From the human T2T-CHM13v2.0 reference genome, Homo sapiens, in the NCBI GenBank assembly GCA_009914755.4, contig CP068257.2, forward strand, positions 2,464,001 to 2,528,000: a DNA stretch of 64,000 nucleotides. The letters run 5' to 3'. The notes below the pieces were generated by a model. It saw only the letters and a program-made list of their open reading frames with translations, was not told the DNA's origin and ran no database searches. The translations under genes and the position numbers were made by a program. Each line of letters starts with the position of its first letter. Position 1 is the stretch's first letter. Shown here in pieces: positions 60,601 through 64,000 of this stretch.

Positions 60601-63600
60601 AGTGTTCTGGAATCCTAGTGGAGGGACAAACATACAGACCACAGCAGGAGTGTTCTGGAATCCTATGTGAGTGACTAACATTCAGACAGCAGTAGCAGTC
60701 TTCTGGAATCCTACGTGAGGGACAAACATTCAGACGAGAGCAGGAGTGTTCTGGAATCCTATGTGAGGGACAATCATTCAGATCACAGCTGGGGTGTTCT
60801 GGAATCCTGCATGTTGGACAAACATTCAGACCCTCGTAGCATTGTTCTGGAATCCTAAGTGAGAGACAAACATTCAGACCACAGCATGAATGTTCTGGAA
60901 TCCTATGTGAGTGACAAACTGTTAGACCCACGTAGCAGTGTTCGGGAATCGTACGTGAGGGACAAAAACTCAGAACCCAACAGCAGTGTTCTGGAATCTT
61001 AAGTGACGGACAAATATTCAGAGGACAGTAGGAGTGTTCTGGAATCCTATGTGACGGAGAATAATTCAGAACCTCGTAGCAGTGCTCTGGAATCCTATCT
61101 GATGAACAACTTTCAGACGCTTGTAACAATATTTTAGAATCCTATGTGATGGACAAACATTTAGACCCACTTAGCAGTGTTCTGGAAACGAACGTAAGGG
61201 ACAAACACTCAGAACCCAGCAGCAGTGTACTAGAATCCTAACTGAGGGAGAAACATTAAGAATAGAGCAGGAGTGTTCTGGAATCCTATGTGATGGAGAA
61301 AAATTCAGAACCCCCAGCACTGTTCTGAAATCCTATGTGATTGAGAAACGTTCAAATCACGGGAGCACTGTTCTGGTGTCCTAAGTGAGGGACAAGCATT
61401 GAGACCACAGCAGCAGTGTTCTGGAATCCTATGTGAGGGACAAACATTCAGACCCTCGTAGGAGTGTTCTGAAATCTTATGTGAGGGACAATCATTCAGA
61501 CCCTATTAGCAATGTTCTGGAATCCTATTTGAGGGAGAAACACTCAGAACCCAGCAGCAGTGTTCTGGAATACTAAGTGATGGACTAACATTCAGACCAC
61601 ACCAGCAGTGTTCTGCAATCCTATGTGAAGGACAAACATTTAGACCCACGTAGAAGTGTTCTGGAATCGTACGTGAAGAAAAAACACTCAGAACCCAACA
61701 GCAGTGTTCTGGAATCTCAAGTGAGAGACGAACATTCTGAACACAGCAGGAGTGTTCTGGAATCCTATGTGACAGAGAATAATTCAGAACCTCACAACCG
61801 TGTTATCGAATCCTATGTGACAGACAAACTTTCAGACCCTAGTAGCAGTGTTCTTGAATCCTATTTGAGGGACAAACACTGAGAATCCAGCAGCATGGTC
61901 CCGGAGTCCTATGGGAGGGACAAACCTTCAGACCACGGCAGCAGTGTTCTGGAATACAATGTGAAGGAGAAATGTTTAGACCCACGTAGCAGAGTTCTGG
62001 AATCGTATGTGTGGGACAAACACTCAGAACCCAGCAGCAGTGTTCTGGAATCCTACTTGAGGGTGAAACATTCAAACCAGAGCAGGAAATTCCTGTAATC
62101 CTAAGTGAGGTACAATAAATCAGACCATCATGGCAGTGTTCTGGAATCCAATGTGAGGGAGAAGCATGCAGAACCCAGCAGCAGTCTTCTGGAATCCTAT
62201 GTGAGGGACAAATATTCAGACCACATCAGCAGTGTTCTGGAACACTATGTGAGGGACAAACACGTAGACCCACGTGCAGTGTTCTGGAATCATAAGTGAG
62301 GGAGAAACACTCAGAATCCAGCAGCAGTGTTCTGGTGTTGTATCTGAGGGAGAAACATTCAGATCAGAGCAGGAATGTTCTGGAATCCTATGTGAGGTAC
62401 AAACGATCAGACACTGGTAGCAGTCTTCTGGAATCCTATATGAGGGATAAACACTCAGATCCCAGCAGCAGTGTTCTGGAATCCTATTCGAGGGAGAAAC
62501 ATTCAGACCAGAGCAGGAGTGTTGTGGACGCCTATGTGAGTGACAAACACTCAGAGAAAAGGAGCAGTGTTCTGGAATCCTATGTGAGTGACAAACACTC
62601 AGAGAAAAGGAGCAATGTTCTGGAATCCTATGTGAGGGCCAATCATTCAGACCACAACTGGGTTGTTGTGGAATCCTATGTGTGGGACAAACATTCAGAC
62701 CTTCATAGCATTGTTCTGGAATCCTACCTGAGGGACAAACATTCAGACCACAGCAGAAATGTTCTGGAATCCTATGTGATGGACAAATATTCAGACCACA
62801 GCAGGAGTGTTCTGGAATCCTATGTGAGTTACAAAATTGTAGACCCACGTAGCAGTGTTCTGGAATCGTAAGTGAGGAACAAACACTCAGAACCCAACAG
62901 CAGTGTGCTGGAATCCTAAGTGACGGACAAATATTCAGACAACAGGAGTGTTCTGGAATCCTATGTGACAGAGAATGATTCGGAACCTCGTACCAGTGTT
63001 CTGAAATCCTATGTGATGGACACCTTTCAGACGCTTGTAGCAATATTCTAGAATCCTATGTGATGGACTAAAATTTAGACCCACGTAGCAGTGTTCTGGA
63101 ATCGAATGTAAGGGACAAATACTCAGAACGCAGCAGTGTTCTGGAATCCTAACTGAGGGAGAAACATTCAGACGAGAGCAGGAGTGTTCTGGAATCCTAT
63201 AGGAGGAACATTCATACCAAAGCTGGGGTTTTCTGGAATCCCACGTGCAGGGCAAACATTGAGACCACAGTAGGAGTTTTCTGGAATCCTATGTGATGGA
63301 GAATAATTCAGAACCCCGTAGCACTGTTCTGGAATCCCATGTGACGGAGAAATGTTCAAACGACAGGAGCACTGTTCCTGTATCCTAAGTGAGGGACAAG
63401 CATTCAGACCACAGCAGCAGTGTTCTGGAATCCTATGTGAGGGACAGACATTGAGACCCTCGTAGGAGTGTTCTGGAATCTTATGTGAGGGATAAACATT
63501 CAGACCCTCGTAACATTGTTCCGGAATCCTAAGTGAGGGACAAACATACAGACCACAGCAGGAGTGTTCTGTAATCCTATGTGAGGGACAAACATTCAGA

Positions 63601-64000
63601 CCACCAAAGGCGTGTTCTGGAATCCTATGTGAGGGACAAACATTCAGACCCTCGTAGTAGTGTTCTGGAATCTTTTGTGAGGGACAAACTTTCAGACCTC
63701 CATAGCAGTGTTCTGGAATCCTATGTGAGGGACAAACCTTCACACCACAGCATCAGTGTTCTGGAATACTATGTGATGGACAAACATTCAGACCCTCGTA
63801 GCAGTGTTCTGGAATCTTATGTGAGGGACAAACATTCAGACCCTTGTAGCATTGTTCCGGAATCCTAAGTGAGGGACAAACATACAGACAACAGCAGGAG
63901 TGTTCTGCAATTCCATGTGAGGAACAAACACTCAGAACCCAACAGCAGTGTTCTGGAATCCTAAGTAAGGGACAAACATTCAGACCACAGCAGGAGTGTT
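36626..64000 (-). repeat. The same 48-bp satellite in the opposite orientation (R). The monomer is approximately tatgtgagggacaaacattcagaccctcgtagcagtgttctggaatcc. The array continues beyond the window end.
   Basis: From 36626 onward, every monomer is the reverse complement of the F monomer. Monomer-variant order is also reversed (a' then z' then y' at 39000-39170, against y, z, a in block 1), which is consistent with a true inversion of the array. Confidence 0.9.
56741..56930 (-). repeat. Perfect tandem duplication of a 95-bp dimer, comprising a 47-bp and a 48-bp monomer.
   Basis: tggaatccgctctgaggtagaaacattcagaccagagcagaagtgttctggaatcatatgtgagtgcaaacactcagaaatcagcagcagtgttc is present twice back to back. 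Confidence 0.85.

Noticed and set aside
8605-63868. Dozens of ORFs of 60-287 aa on both strands across the array (e.g. 58421-59284 plus, 62216-63043 minus, 13317-14048 minus), encoding YVRDKHSD... or CPSHRIPEHC... repeats. They could be read as a novel repeat-protein or zinc-finger-like gene family.
   Set aside because: They are a periodicity artefact. The 48-bp monomer equals 16 codons with one stop-free frame per strand. ORF boundaries coincide with random substitutions or indels, and start ATGs are incidental. ORFs overlap on opposite strands, which rules out coding on both. There are no promoter, splice or polyA signals. The peptide repeat is just the translated satellite consensus.
8255-64000. 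Considered a CRISPR-like array, because it is a highly regular short direct repeat.
   Set aside because: The repeats are directly contiguous with no unique spacers. The period is 48 bp with 5-20% divergence. The flank is a primate L1, so the context is eukaryotic. It is a satellite and not a CRISPR array.
8255-64000. Considered alpha satellite (171 bp), beta satellite (68 bp) or HSat1 (42 bp).
   Set aside because: The measured period is 48 bp throughout. The monomer is GC-balanced, not AT-rich, and lacks CENP-B-box-like or Sau3A-family features. A 48-bp period fits the CER/D22Z3 family best.

Overview
The window is primate (almost certainly human) pericentromeric-type DNA and contains no protein-coding gene that I can support. 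Three things dominate it. (1) Bases 1 to about 5700 are an old, full-length LINE-1 lying antisense on the minus strand. The window cuts it within the 3' end of ORF2. ORF2 is broken by frameshifts, the ORF1 remnant follows, and the 5'UTR is CpG-depleted. (2) A roughly 2.5 kb unique AT-rich junction follows. It holds a short (TA)n-like simple repeat and a diverged inverted repeat of about 220 bp per arm around a 610 bp spacer, abutting a GC-rich but CpG-poor block. (3) From about 8255 to the window end (at least 55.7 kb, about 1,160 monomers) runs a tandem array of a 48-bp satellite. The F-orientation consensus is approximately ggattccagaacactgctacgagggtctgaatgtttgtccctcacata. This is most consistent with the CER / D22Z3-type 48-bp satellite, but that identification is from memory and not from a search. 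The array switches strand at about 36,625 through a near-palindromic head-to-head junction. It shows at least three compositional domains and contains short runs of perfectly identical monomers. Every ORF in the supplied six-frame track over the array is an artefact. The 48-bp period equals 16 codons and the consensus has exactly one stop-free frame per strand, so it reads as YVRDKHSDPRSSVLES on one strand and CPSHRIPEHCYEGLNV on the other. The most notable structural observation is the internal inversion of the satellite array. I cannot support any novel coding system here.
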